From a virus: 64,000 bases of DNA. The stretch lies in IMG/VR virus record IMGVR_UViG_3300030109_004085, positions 19,882-83,881 of that record; one strand, given 5' to 3'. Below are positions 1 through 10,600 of the stretch, piece after piece. The position numbers were made by a program, and so were the translations under genes. Position 1 is the first letter of the stretch. Each line of letters opens with the position of its first letter. The notes below the pieces were generated by a model that saw only the letters and a list, made by a program, of their open reading frames with translations, was not told where the DNA came from and ran no database searches.

Positions 1-494
1 CCGCCCAAAAGCACCCCCAGAAAAGCTTCAAATGAGAAACCAGCCGAGGAAGCGTTGAAGTGGGCGACAATCTTTGTTAGGGTCTTATAGAAAGTTAGAT
101 AACCTAAAGCTTTTGAAATACGTTCCTTGTCAGTATCTCCAAAGAAACCCTGTTCAAGAAGTTGAACCGGGTCGGTCTGATAGAACTTTGCTAGACCCTC
201 AACTTTGTCTTTTAGGTCATCTCCTGCGATATCATCTAGGAACTGTTCAAGCTGCTTTCTCTGAGGGCTCGGGATATCAGCCCCTCCTTCAACTGTCTGA
301 ACAGAGGACCAGGGAATTTCCGAGATTGGAATATCGGGGACACCATCAAAGGTTAAAGTGATTGCCTCTCTTTGTTCTCTGATTAAGGCTTCGGCTTGTT
401 CTCCACCTACTAATAGACTTAGAACTTCTTTAATTATGCTTTCAGTCTCGTCTTTTTTGGAGTAGAAACTCTCCACCAGTGTATCAATATTCAT
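1..494 (-). CDS. Hypothetical protein, 3'-truncated by the window (not in ORF track)
   Basis: Open frame from ATG at 494 (MNIDTLVESFYSKK...AGFSFEAFLGVLLGG) runs off the left edge; GAGG upstream. Confidence 0.8.
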   Translation of the reverse strand, partial: MNIDTLVESFYSKKDETESIIKEVLSLLVGGEQAEALIREQREAITLTFDGVPDIPISEIPWSSVQTVEGGADIPSPQRKQLEQFLDDIAGDDLKDKVEGLAKFYQTDPVQLLEQGFFGDTDKERISKALGYLTFYKTLTKIVAHFNASSAGFSFEAFLGVLLG

Positions 495-520
495 TTTAAA
501 TCCTCGGGAACTAATACTAA

Positions 521-1165
521 TTAGATGATTTCATCAGCAAGACCCATTTCAATTGCCTCTTCAGCAGAGAAATATTCGTCTATATTCTTAGAAAACATGT
601 TATGAATCTCGCCAACAGAAAGATTGGAGTTCTCGGCAATCACCCGAACCATATTGTCTTCCATTAAGCGCATTTCATCGTGGCTTGCCTTCATATCGGC
701 AGTGGATCCCATACCGCCCGATGAACAACGGTGCAACATAATGCGAACATTGCGCGTCACGAAACGCTTACCCTTTGTTCCCGAGACCAATAAAGGCACG
801 CCAGCAGAGAACACCTTGCCTGTTCCTAGCGTTGCGATATCGCGGCGTCTCTTCACAATATTCATTATGTCAACAACACCGAACATATCGTAGACAGCAC
901 CGCCGCCAGTTGAAATAAGAAAGTGAACGTCCTCTGGGACTTCCTCTCCTTCTTCTAATGGGTTTGGAAAGACCTTCCCTCCGTTTAACTGAACAAGCCC
1001 CATATATAATTCTTGAGTTGATTCCTCATTTAATTCTCCAACCAAGCCAAGGGTATTGGGTTCTTCGCCATCCTGGCCAGCTGCCATCGCTGCCATAACC
1101 ATTGCAGCCTGATGCTCACAGATCTCCTCTTCTTCATCTGGGGTTTCGTTATTGAAAATTAACAT
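521..1165 (-). CDS. clpP: ClpP-like (S14) protease subunit, paralogue 1
   Basis: ISTGGG, VFSAG (Ser), MLH (His), DEYFSAEEAIEMGLADEII (Asp). Confidence 0.85.
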   Translation of the reverse strand: MLIFNNETPDEEEEICEHQAAMVMAAMAAGQDGEEPNTLGLVGELNEESTQELYMGLVQLNGGKVFPNPLEEGEEVPEDVHFLISTGGGAVYDMFGVVDIMNIVKRRRDIATLGTGKVFSAGVPLLVSGTKGKRFVTRNVRIMLHRCSSGGMGSTADMKASHDEMRLMEDNMVRVIAENSNLSVGEIHNMFSKNIDEYFSAEEAIEMGLADEII

Positions 1166-1172
1166 TGTTTTC

Positions 1173-1571
1173 CTATTCTCCCTTAAGGGAATTGTTTAAG
1201 AACCGCATAGCACTGTCCCAGTCGTGGAACGGTAACATCGATTTAAAGTGTCGGGGGGCTCTCTTCACTAGCGATACTATAACAGAGTCCTTCCAGTTTG
1301 TCAAGAATTGGTCGTCAACTTTCTGGAACTGACGAATCTGCTCCTCTGTAAAGCCTGCGTCGTGCATCGACTTCGACTTTAATTCCTGCAGGAACGATAA
1401 GTCCTCTACCATCTTTACCAGCATCCATACCACAGAAACAACAGCCTCTTGCACTATTCTCCAAGTATGCACAATCTCCAGAAACCGAGACAAAAACATA
1501 CTCGCGAATACGCCGGCGAAGAAAGCCATCGCAGCGATGGCGGTTAAATCATCTGTTGTTAGTTCTAACAT
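1173..1571 (-). CDS. Hypothetical membrane protein
   Basis: N-terminal hydrophobic segment IAAMAFFAGVFASMFL. Confidence 0.7.
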   Translation of the reverse strand: MLELTTDDLTAIAAMAFFAGVFASMFLSRFLEIVHTWRIVQEAVVSVVWMLVKMVEDLSFLQELKSKSMHDAGFTEEQIRQFQKVDDQFLTNWKDSVIVSLVKRAPRHFKSMLPFHDWDSAMRFLNNSLKGE

Positions 1572-1580
1572 AATTCATCC

Positions 1581-1617
1581 AAAATAAAAAAAGCTGTGAG
1601 GGTCACTCACAGCTTTT
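1581..1617 (-). terminator. Intrinsic terminator
   Basis: AAAAGCTGTGAG-TGACC-CTCACAGCTTTT followed by a T-run on the minus strand. Confidence 0.75.
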
Positions 1618-1646
1618 AGTATACGTTAGGAATTTTGGTTTGTCAA
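1618..1646 (-). promoter_or_regulatory. Sigma70-type promoter
   Basis: TTGACA-17 nt-TATACT. Confidence 0.75.
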
Positions 1647-1647
1647 C

Positions 1648-2358
1648 CTATTTCTTAGTGCTAAGAGCCTCCATAAGAATTCTCTTTGCAACTCTCTTCG
1701 TGATGGTCTCCATTAGATCATCACCCATCTCGTCTGCATCAGCTGGCTCGTCTGCCATGGCGTCCATAGCATCTGGGGGCTCGTCTGCATCTGCAACCTC
1801 GTCAGCGTCAATTTCGACTTCCTCACCCATTGCGTCTTCAAGGGCGCGCTCAAGGGCTGAAAGGAAATCATCAACTGAAACCATCTTGCCTGCATCTGCG
1901 GCTGGCTCCTCAGCTGGTGCCTCTATCTCTGCATCTACTTCTAGTTCCTCGTCACCGGCAGCATCTTCCATTTCGGCTGCGTCGACTTCCAACTCTGCAT
2001 GCTCCTCTTCCTCAAGACGATCGGCTGGTCCGCGGCCTCTGCCGTGACCTCTTCGTGCGTCCTGTAGACCTCCACCAGCAGCGTCGGTGCGGACTTCATC
2101 CATCTCGTCTTCATCTCGTGCGTGACGCATCTCGTCAAGATCGTCTTCATCACGGCGCATGCCACGCATGCCCTCTTCCATCTCTTCCTCATCCTCACCG
2201 CGCATGCGCATTCCTCGACCTTCTTCTAGGTCCTCATCAGCGTGCTTCTCTTCGGTAAGACCCTCTACAAAGCCTGGGGTCAAAGGCTCTAGCCTAGCTA
2301 GCTTCATGAACTGGCGAATCTGTGACTCGCTTAAAATTGTTTTATTCTTTTTGGACAT
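1648..2358 (-). CDS. Highly acidic low-complexity protein, putative internal head/scaffold-like protein
   Basis: E/D-rich with imperfect repeats; N-terminal LSESQIRQFMKLARL resembles the scaffold C-terminus (RMLRLAGL); late motif upstream. Confidence 0.6.
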   Translation of the reverse strand: MSKKNKTILSESQIRQFMKLARLEPLTPGFVEGLTEEKHADEDLEEGRGMRMRGEDEEEMEEGMRGMRRDEDDLDEMRHARDEDEMDEVRTDAAGGGLQDARRGHGRGRGPADRLEEEEHAELEVDAAEMEDAAGDEELEVDAEIEAPAEEPAADAGKMVSVDDFLSALERALEDAMGEEVEIDADEVADADEPPDAMDAMADEPADADEMGDDLMETITKRVAKRILMEALSTKK

Positions 2359-2397
2359 CCTGCAAAACTCCTAACATTATTCGCGAATATGCTATTT

Positions 2398-2640
2398 TTA
2401 AATAGTATTTTGATCTGATAATGTCTTTTTTAATTTAACAAGTGATTCATCGACTAATTGTTTTGCCCTTACAATGCTCACGCCGTGTCGCTCTCCTATC
2501 TGTTTAAGGGTCATAGCGCCGTGTTTATAGACGGCGATATCAGTACAATTTAAATCCTCTTCGTAATCTAAGTGCAACCTGCATTCACTTTGCGAGCAGG
2601 GTACGTGATGTATATAGCATTTGCTGGCACATTCTTTCAT
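2398..2640 (-). CDS. Small sigma70 region-4-like HTH protein with Cys/His-rich N-terminus
   Basis: MTLKQIGERHGVSIVRAKQLVDESLVKL matches the sigma r4 HTH pattern. Confidence 0.65.
   Translation of the reverse strand: MKECASKCYIHHVPCSQSECRLHLDYEEDLNCTDIAVYKHGAMTLKQIGERHGVSIVRAKQLVDESLVKLKKTLSDQNTI
2399..2406 (-). promoter_or_regulatory. Putative late promoter ACTATTTA
   Basis: Same motif found upstream of many structural genes. Confidence 0.6.
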
Positions 2641-2972
2641 AACTCTGGTAAATCCTCTTCTAATATATCGAATATGTTTTCGATGTCTTCTTCAGTTAGC
2701 GCAAGGTCTTGTAACATTTTCTCGCCATCCTCACGCAGTTTGCGAGATTTAGTAACACGCTTTTTAGATTGAACTTTCTTGTTAATTTTGTAGTCGTCAA
2801 GAAACTTCATAAAAAGTTTGTCTTGTGATAGATAAGATTCAACGCAGTATCGAAAGAACTCGCTCTGTGTTTTAATCTCATCGTAGAACAATCTAATCTT
2901 TAAGTTCTCGTGGAGTTTTGAATCCAACGAGAAAGATAATATAGAGTGTCCTTCTGGGTACGATCTTTTCAT
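2637..2972 (-). CDS. Hypothetical protein, possible ribbon-helix-helix regulator
   Basis: ILSFSLDSKLHENLK...QSEFFRYCVESYL; ATGA-coupled to neighbours. Confidence 0.5.
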   Translation of the reverse strand: MKRSYPEGHSILSFSLDSKLHENLKIRLFYDEIKTQSEFFRYCVESYLSQDKLFMKFLDDYKINKKVQSKKRVTKSRKLREDGEKMLQDLALTEEDIENIFDILEEDLPEL

Positions 2973-3988
2973 CTCAAGATATGTGTCCCACTCTCAGTCT
3001 GTCCGCTAGAAGTCTGGCGGATAAACCGAGCTTTTGCTTGTAGCTCTGTAATGGTTCGTGCTCCGGAATATGAAAGTCCCGAACGAATGCCGCGGTCTAG
3101 TTCCATTAGTATATCTGCCACTGGACCCTTACAAGGCACTGTCGTTGCAATACCCTCTAATGACGCTGTTCTTCCACGCCACTCGACCTGAGCATCCTTT
3201 GAAGCCATTCCACGGTAAGCCTTAAACTTACCTTCTCTGGTATTGATTATATCCCCAGGAGTCTCATTAGTACCTGACAAGAGAGAACCAAGCATAACGA
3301 AGTCAGCCCCAGCTGCCAAAGCTTTGACAATATCCCCCGAGTTTCGGATTCCCCCGTCAGCAATGATGGGAACGTTCCTGTCTGATCTCGCGCAATCAAT
3401 AATTGTGTGAAGGCCCGGGACACCGTGGCCAGTCTGAACCCTAGTTGAACAAATAGAACCGCCGCCAATATTGCAACGCACACTATCGGCTCCCCAATCG
3501 ACCAAGTCATTATAACCCTCCAAGGTGGCAACATTGCCAGCCATGATATGAACAGAGTCTTTAAGGATCCCACGCAACTCTTGAAGCGCATGCTTCATTA
3601 GTATGTGGTGTCCGTGAGCTACATCAACACAAAGTATATTTGCGCCGTGCCCCACAAGAGCCACTGCTCTTTCTAAATAGTCACCAGACGTTCCTATTGC
3701 TGCGGCGACCGAACTGTCGGGATTCACAAGGTTTGCTATTGAGTGCTCTACTATGTTGACTTGCTCTTCAATAGTGTTGTATCTGTGAACAATAGCCAGC
3801 CCACCTTCGTCAGCCATTGCCACAACCATATCCTTTTCAGACACAGTGTCCATTGGACTGGCAATAATTGGCAATCTAAATTGATTGTCTGATAAGTTTG
3901 AAGTAAGTTTAACTTCGTTCCTGCTTTTAATGTCCGAATACTGCGGGACCAGTAGGACATCATTATAAGTTACTGCTTCTTGTATCAT
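2969..3988 (-). CDS. IMPDH/GMP reductase family protein lacking CBS domains
   Basis: [29 protein letters not shown] (catalytic Cys), IIADGGI, YRGMAS. Confidence 0.9.
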   Translation of the reverse strand: MIQEAVTYNDVLLVPQYSDIKSRNEVKLTSNLSDNQFRLPIIASPMDTVSEKDMVVAMADEGGLAIVHRYNTIEEQVNIVEHSIANLVNPDSSVAAAIGTSGDYLERAVALVGHGANILCVDVAHGHHILMKHALQELRGILKDSVHIMAGNVATLEGYNDLVDWGADSVRCNIGGGSICSTRVQTGHGVPGLHTIIDCARSDRNVPIIADGGIRNSGDIVKALAAGADFVMLGSLLSGTNETPGDIINTREGKFKAYRGMASKDAQVEWRGRTASLEGIATTVPCKGPVADILMELDRGIRSGLSYSGARTITELQAKARFIRQTSSGQTESGTHILR

Positions 3989-4233
3989 TTTATCTTCTCC
4001 AATGCTTCCGTTATTTTACCCCAACAATCTGGGCAAGTCAAGCGAACTCTATCTTCTACTACTGATACTTGCCAAGTCTTAACTGTTTCGTGGTTCCTCA
4101 CAAACGGAATTCCACAAACACAACATTCTTTGGGATGGTCAAGGAAAGCAGCGGTCTGCTTTTCAAGCTTCTTCTGAGCTTCCTTGCGTTCCTTCTTTCT
4201 TTTGTTTGTGTTTACTTTTCTTACCTTTTTCAT
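3985..4233 (-). CDS. Small Zn-finger protein
   Basis: CCVC...CPDC with a basic N-terminus. Confidence 0.65.
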   Translation of the reverse strand: MKKVRKVNTNKRKKERKEAQKKLEKQTAAFLDHPKECCVCGIPFVRNHETVKTWQVSVVEDRVRLTCPDCWGKITEALEKIK

Positions 4234-4720
4234 TGATCTTTAAAAACTCTCTGTATTCTTTATTAAGGTTATCATAATATTTCGTTTTGCGCAAGGACTT
4301 ATGTGCATTATTTAACGCTTTTTTGTGCGCGATATTTATCATAAAGTAAGGCGCTTCTGCTCTTGGGTTATACCCCTGCACTTCCACCTCGTCGTTTGGG
4401 TTGAAACAAATACATTTATAATCTTTTAGTCCCAACCTTTTTAAAATTGCATTAACAAAAACCTGAAACGGTTTGGTGTTTTCAGCTGATAACTCGTGTG
4501 GAAGTGCTATCAAAGCACTATCATAATCTGATGCTGCGAAATCTTCAAGAAGATCTTTAATTCCTTTGTCTTCCTCGTGCATCATAACAACCATTAGTTT
4601 ATCTTTAGCCAACTCTGGCGCAGCAAAGGGACAGGTGGCCACATCATTGAACTCTGGTCTCTTCTTATTCAGAACATTGTTAATGTAATCAGCTATTTTT
4701 TGTTTGTACGAACTTGACAT
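4163..4720 (-). CDS. DUF1415-like hypothetical protein
   Basis: CPFA, FNP and APYFMINI motifs. Confidence 0.5.
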   Translation of the reverse strand: MSSSYKQKIADYINNVLNKKRPEFNDVATCPFAAPELAKDKLMVVMMHEEDKGIKDLLEDFAASDYDSALIALPHELSAENTKPFQVFVNAILKRLGLKDYKCICFNPNDEVEVQGYNPRAEAPYFMINIAHKKALNNAHKSLRKTKYYDNLNKEYREFLKINEKGKKSKHKQKKEGTQGSSEEA

Positions 4721-4910
4721 GACGCTTTAGGTACCACTCCGCTTTCTTTAAATCTTCAATATTATCTTGTGATTTCTTGCCGGCTCTTGAAATGTATTTG
4801 ACGACATTACCAAGATGAAAGTTTAAATCCCACGCTTCAATAACTTTAATTGCTTCGTAAGTGTTGTCCTCGCCGCCATAATGTCCTGGGTGATTTACTT
4901 TTTCAGCCAT
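4689..4910 (-). CDS. DUF3310 family protein
   Basis: VNHPGHY, F.LGNV.KY..RAGKK, EDLKKAEWYL; start reassigned to MAEKV. Confidence 0.8.
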   Translation of the reverse strand: MAEKVNHPGHYGGEDNTYEAIKVIEAWDLNFHLGNVVKYISRAGKKSQDNIEDLKKAEWYLKRHVKFVQTKNS

Positions 4911-5628
4911 TATCCCTAATCCTTCTGTAGGCTCCAACTGTCTCAGGGAATAGATCCGTAGCGATCTCCAAGCAAGCCTCAGCAACCTTTTGAATCTCCC
5001 ATTGCGCGCCTTCGTGTGTGCGAAGGTCAACGAACTTCAAGAGGTTAGATAGATTAACTGTGCCATAGTATTCGGTGTAGAGGTTCTGCGGTAGAATTCC
5101 TCTTGCCTGCTCTCGGCAAACGCCGGCTTCAATCATCTTGTTATAAAGAGCGAGACAATCCTTATGATGAACCTGCAGCGCATTGCTAACAGATGTTTTA
5201 TAAAGCTTGTTCTCGCCCGGAATGTAACAACCGATATCAGGATCGATCAACTCTTCGGCGTTTGATGCTTGTCGGTTTGACTTATGCTGTGTTCTGAAAG
5301 CCTTTGGCTCATAGAATCGGAGATCCACATCAGTATACCGCCGGGATATCTCATTATAAGACCAAGTTCGATGACGGTGATGCTGACTACGAATATATAA
5401 AGGTACACAAAGGCGGTAAGTGACAAGGTTATGCTCCAAAGTTGAGGTATGTCTATGTTTGATTAGATAGTTGATCAGCTTCTTATCTTTGTTATCCAGT
5501 TCTTCTTTCTGGACTCCAAATGAAACTCTAGCCGAGTTGACGACGGTAAGGTCAGACCCCATATGTGAAACATAATCAACCTTTCCAATACCGTCGCCGT
5601 ATAAATCAATAGACTTACTGTAACTCAT
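4903..5628 (-). CDS. thyX: Flavin-dependent thymidylate synthase
   Basis: RHRTWSYNEISRRY ThyX motif; VNSARVSF; EQARGILP. Confidence 0.95.
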   Translation of the reverse strand: MSYSKSIDLYGDGIGKVDYVSHMGSDLTVVNSARVSFGVQKEELDNKDKKLINYLIKHRHTSTLEHNLVTYRLCVPLYIRSQHHRHRTWSYNEISRRYTDVDLRFYEPKAFRTQHKSNRQASNAEELIDPDIGCYIPGENKLYKTSVSNALQVHHKDCLALYNKMIEAGVCREQARGILPQNLYTEYYGTVNLSNLLKFVDLRTHEGAQWEIQKVAEACLEIATDLFPETVGAYRRIRDNG

Positions 5629-6191
5629 TAAATGATCTCGTCAATCACACCCAACTTAAGAGCTTCTTCCGCGGACATGTACCAATCAATCTTGTTCTTA
5701 AGAATGTCGTTTAACTTCTTCTTAGAGATGTTGGTCTTTTCCAGGGTAATATCCTCTATCATCTTCTGAAGGCGCTTAGTTTCCTTTAACTTCTCCTCCA
5801 TGTCCTGAACCTTACCGATAAAACCGCTAGAGACCTGATGGTAGAGTGGAGTGGCGAGATTGTATGCAAACCTCTTGTGGCCACAGATTAGAATCATGAA
5901 ACCACAAGACATAGCTGCACCAGTTACAATAGTGTGGATTGGAGTTTCAGATCTCTCCATAACCCCGAGCAATCCAAAGCACTGATACACAGCGCCCCCA
6001 TACGAATCAATGTGTAGCTTAATTGGTGCCGCCACGTATTCTAGATCGTGAACGGCATACAACTTCTTCAAGTGAGTATCACTGGCATTAATACCGATGA
6101 TGCTCTGCGTGAGCTTATGCATTGATTCCTGATTAACTTGTTCAGGAAGATACAGATACCGATCCTTTGGCAATGGTAGTGAAGGAGGCAT
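5628..6191 (-). CDS. clpP: ClpP-like protease subunit, paralogue 2
   Basis: IDSYGG, AAMSCG, YHQ, DWYMSAEEALKLGVIDEII. Confidence 0.85.
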   Translation of the reverse strand: MPPSLPLPKDRYLYLPEQVNQESMHKLTQSIIGINASDTHLKKLYAVHDLEYVAAPIKLHIDSYGGAVYQCFGLLGVMERSETPIHTIVTGAAMSCGFMILICGHKRFAYNLATPLYHQVSSGFIGKVQDMEEKLKETKRLQKMIEDITLEKTNISKKKLNDILKNKIDWYMSAEEALKLGVIDEII

Positions 6192-6655
6192 TACTTACCC
6201 GTGCTCCCTAGCGCACCCTCACCGCGGTTAGAAATGGTAATGGGATGCCAATCATAAATATCTGGATCGTCAGAAGCAACAAACCGAGCGTGGACCACTG
6301 GCACAACGACAGCCTGGGCAATCTTGTCTCCGGGTTCTACAATCTGGAAGTGACTTCCAATATTGTGAAGGTTTACGAAGACCTCACCATCGTAGCCGGA
6401 ATCCACCACGCAAGCTCCAACTAGAAGCTGACGCTTCGCTGCCATACTGGATCGGTTCTTAATCTCCATCATATAGCCGTGCGGGATCGCAAAACGTAGC
6501 CCGGTAGGCAGTAACTTGCTTTCTCCCGGCTCGATGCGTAGGGCACGGACTGCTTTGTCCTCGGGGTTAAATCGCAAGTCTAAACCTGCATCTGACGGGT
6601 TAGACCTCGTCGGGGGTTCCACATTATCGTGAACCATATGGTACTGCAAAATCAT
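6191..6655 (-). CDS. dut: Trimeric dUTPase
   Basis: DAGLDL, RSS, VDSGYDGE, KIAQ, RGEGALGSTG. Confidence 0.95.
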   Translation of the reverse strand: MILQYHMVHDNVEPPTRSNPSDAGLDLRFNPEDKAVRALRIEPGESKLLPTGLRFAIPHGYMMEIKNRSSMAAKRQLLVGACVVDSGYDGEVFVNLHNIGSHFQIVEPGDKIAQAVVVPVVHARFVASDDPDIYDWHPITISNRGEGALGSTGK

Positions 6656-6657
6656 TT

Positions 6658-7674
6658 CTAAATCCTTTCTGGTGATTCTGAAAAGACAACTCTAACAGTT
6701 GCCTTGGTGTTGAGGTAACGCTTGATATATTGTTTCCAAGATGTCTCCGTTCCCAACTTAAGCATAATAGCATCATTATCGGAAGAACGCAAGTTCCAAG
6801 TGCGCGCGGAACGCAGAATATCTACTTTATTAATGATTACATCTGTGACACCATTAATATCAACTGCTTTCTTTAGATTCCGAATATTAAGCCAATTGCA
6901 CTGTCTCGGGCGTCCGGTGGTTGCACCGAACTCTTGACCGAGTTGTTGAAGAAGATTAAATACTCTTCCTTCTCCATGGAACTCCTTGGCACCAACATAA
7001 GTGTCGTATGCCTTAGCCACTCCGTATACACGGCGAACAGCCTGCGGCGGGATGCCGTTTAGGAGCGCCCCAGCGGACGTACAGTGGCTTGAAGTAACAT
7101 AAGGGTAGTCTCCCCAGTCAATGTCCAACCCAAAGCCTTGAGCGCCCTCACAGAGGATGATACTGGAACAATCAAATTCCTCATCGGAATCGTACAGTTC
7201 TGTATACAAATCAATTAAGTATGGAGTACCGGCGAGTGCCTCGGAAGCAAGTGTCCCTCTACGATCATACTTATCCCGATAAGCGGGCCCGTTCCCTTGT
7301 TTGGTGGTGCCGAGCGTTGTGTCTTTACCGTCCTCTTCTAAATGAGCATCAGTAATGATGTGAGCGTTGTTTGCAATATAAATCAAACCTTCGGTTTTAA
7401 TTCCGCCATCGTGAAGCATCTGCAGTTCTCTCTGGAACTGATCGATATTCACAACACATCCATTACCGATAATGGACTTTACTCCAAAGAACACCCCGGC
7501 AGGGATATGGTGCGTTACAAACTTAACGCCTTCGTGATAAATGGTATGACCAGCATTGCAGCCGCCGTTAAAGCGAATACAATGAGTGTAGTCCCCATTC
7601 TTCAAAAGGTGATGTGTTACTTTTCCTTTGCCCTCATCACCATAAGACAAACCTACTACGATATCAGCTAACAT
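6658..7674 (-). CDS. purA: Adenylosuccinate synthetase (short form)
   Basis: GDEGKGK, NAGHT, EGAQG, YPYVTSS, EFGATTGRPR. Confidence 0.95.
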   Translation of the reverse strand: MLADIVVGLSYGDEGKGKVTHHLLKNGDYTHCIRFNGGCNAGHTIYHEGVKFVTHHIPAGVFFGVKSIIGNGCVVNIDQFQRELQMLHDGGIKTEGLIYIANNAHIITDAHLEEDGKDTTLGTTKQGNGPAYRDKYDRRGTLASEALAGTPYLIDLYTELYDSDEEFDCSSIILCEGAQGFGLDIDWGDYPYVTSSHCTSAGALLNGIPPQAVRRVYGVAKAYDTYVGAKEFHGEGRVFNLLQQLGQEFGATTGRPRQCNWLNIRNLKKAVDINGVTDVIINKVDILRSARTWNLRSSDNDAIMLKLGTETSWKQYIKRYLNTKATVRVVFSESPERI

Positions 7675-7677
7675 TTT

Positions 7678-10600
7678 TTATCCTAACAATCTTAGATTTC
7701 TTTTAATCGATCGAGTTGAAAAACCCCACGCAGGGTCATAATCCAACTTACCCATGTAAGGACGGTTCAGATGAATCCTGTCCTTGCCCTCAACTATACC
7801 CCAACATCGGAACTTTGTCAAGGCAGAATTGGAATCAATTACCTCCACAATCCAATAAGGTTTACCGTTTTTCGTTTTCTTGCGAATGATCTCGCGTGGG
7901 ATAAACCACACAAGCCCCAACTCTGGATCGTAATCCGAAATCGCCGGAATGTAATATTCATCCAGCTTTTGCTGGACCTCCGGAGTTACAACCAACGACA
8001 TAGGAAAGATTCCAGTGATTGTCGTTAGATTCTCGATTTCTTCCGCCGAAGTGAAGTCGCCTTCGTCCTTGTACTTGTCAATGTTTTCATTGAACTTCTT
8101 GCGGTTGTAGACTCTATCGACCGCGACAGCGGACCAATAATGTTTGCGGCCCGTAAAGCGGTCATCCATTAGACTATTCATTGCACCTGAGCGAACCAAG
8201 CAATCCAATGCTTTCTTATTTAGCTTGCTGTATACAATGTCGTCGTGGAATAGAAACTCCTCGATATTCGCGAACGGACGGTTGTCGACAATCTGCTGGA
8301 TCGCTGCGTCACCTAGCCCCTTCAAGCCCGCAAGAGGCTGAATAAGCTTGCGGTCATCATCGGGATCGATCTCCCAAACAAATGATGAGCGGTTTACGTC
8401 TGCCTTCTCGATAAAGAAGCCGTTCTGCTTCGCGATATTAATTGCCTTTTCCTTTCGCTTCTCGGGCTCCTTGTCCAAGAATGAAGCCATCCACTCTACC
8501 GGGTAATAATTCCATAGCCACGCGCATTGGAACGAGATAGCCGAATATGAAATAGCGTGAGACTTGTTGAAGCCATACCCGGAGAAGTATTCAAACCTCT
8601 CCCACATATCCTCGGCTTCGCGTTGGCGAATCCCCTTCTCCACGCAACCGTTGATAAACTTCTGCTTGAGTTGGTTCTTAACTCGTGCTCCCTTACCCGT
8701 TCCCTTCTTCGTTAGCACCTTACGAAGCATATTGCCTTCGTCTAGGCTTAGATCCTTGCCGAGCTTGTGGGCGAGCAATGCAATCTGTTCCTGGAAGATA
8801 AGGAACCCGTAAGTTTCCTCCGTAACATCCTTAATATGATGATTCATGTAATCAATCTCGTCTGCGTTCTCCTTAGCTTGAATATACTGCTCGTGAACAT
8901 TTGCCGATAGAGGACCCGGACGATAAATGGAGGTAATAGCGGAAATGTCAACTAAGCTCTTGGGTTTTACGTTCGAACAGAATTCCTGTGCCCGCCCTTC
9001 GGTAAACTGAAAAATTCCCGCGAAATTGCCCTTCTGAAAAACATTCTTATACACCGCTTGATCGTCAAAATCAATCACGTCCGGATGGAGGTGCTTGTTG
9101 TAGAAAGCCTGAACATCCTTGAATGTCGGCTCTGGAATATTATGATGCCGAACAAGAATGTGACGGACCGCACCTTCGATCATCCGAAGCGTGGAGAGTC
9201 CCAACAAATCAAACTTAATAAACCCGAGCGGTTCCAAGTGACGAAGGTTTTGACCTTCTGCCCACGGAGACTGGCGAACACCACCTGAACTAATAATTGG
9301 CATATGCTCGTTTAGGTCGTCTGCAATCAAAACACCCCCCGCGTGACGGGAGCAGGAACGAACCTGACCCACAAGCGCCTCAACGTGTGTTTTGATATGC
9401 GGATGCTTTACAAGGAACCCGCGGAGGGACGGAGATAGTTCCATAACCTCCTGCCAAGTCGGATTGTATACACCAGCCTTGATACCGTGCTTTGCCTTTG
9501 CAGCAGGCGTTGCCTCAAAGATCATCTGAGAAGTAACTTTGTTTACCTCGATAAACGGAACCCCATAGAACTTTGAAATGTCCTTAATCAGCGACTTCAG
9601 TTGCAGCGTGTTCCAGTTAGAGATCGGAACCACCGAGTTCTTGCCCCATTCGTCCATTAGAAGTTCTTTAAGTTCCATAGGCTCTGCGACATCATAATCA
9701 ATATCGGGGTAATCCGTTGCATCCTTACGAAGGAATCTCTCAAAAAGAAGTCCGTACTTAATAGGATCAATCTGCGTGATTCCAAGAACATAAGCCACCA
9801 GCGAACCCGCAGCAGAGCCGCGGCCAGGACCAGTCAACTGAACTTCGTTTGCCTTGTCTGAGATAGCCTTCATAGTCAAGAAGTATTTACTAAATCCTCG
9901 GTCATCGATAACATCCAACTCCATCTTGAGCCGGTCTGTGTATTCTTTGTTCTCATGCAGATCACGCTGACGCAATCCCTCTAAAGAATAGTTTACCAAA
10001 GCTGAGGTAGCCGTGAACCCTGCTGGAACCACAAAGTCTGGAAGTTTCACGGTCGTGTCCGGGACAAAGTCTTCAACCCGGTTGAAGGCAATGTTATGAG
10101 TCTCAGTGATGGAGTTCATTACCAACTCATCATCATACTCGTGTCCACCGACCTTTGAATAATACTTATAGGCATCCCACATTTGGTTGCCGTTCTTCGG
10201 ATACAGCTCGTATCCAATCTCTTCAACTCCCTCGGGGAGTTCCGTATTGTCCTCGGCCCAAGCAGGAGTTCCCTTGCCAAGCCAGCCAAGCCGCTTGTAC
10301 AACTCTCGGTCCTTCCAGGCTTCGGTGTTTGGATAATGACTATCCGCAGTAGAAATGAGCGTAATATCAAACTCTTTGCATACCTTAATAATATACTGGT
10401 TTAATTCATGTTGCTCTGGAATGTTGTTCCATTGAAGCTCCCCATACCAGCGATCACCGAAGATCTCCACAAAGCGACGACTGGTTTCGCGCATCGCCTC
10501 CATAACAGCTTCGGACCCTTCTTCTCGGTTAGCCCAATAGTTTCCTGCATACGGACCACCCAAACAGGCTGAGGATGCAATCACACCTTCCGAATACTTG

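Noticed and set aside
6658-7674. PurZ / 2-aminoadenine (Z) genome system, suggested by PurA-like, MazG-like and PolA genes
   Set aside because: The protein keeps the canonical PurA GDEGKG Asp (PurZ has Ser there), and no DatZ-like HD hydrolase was seen
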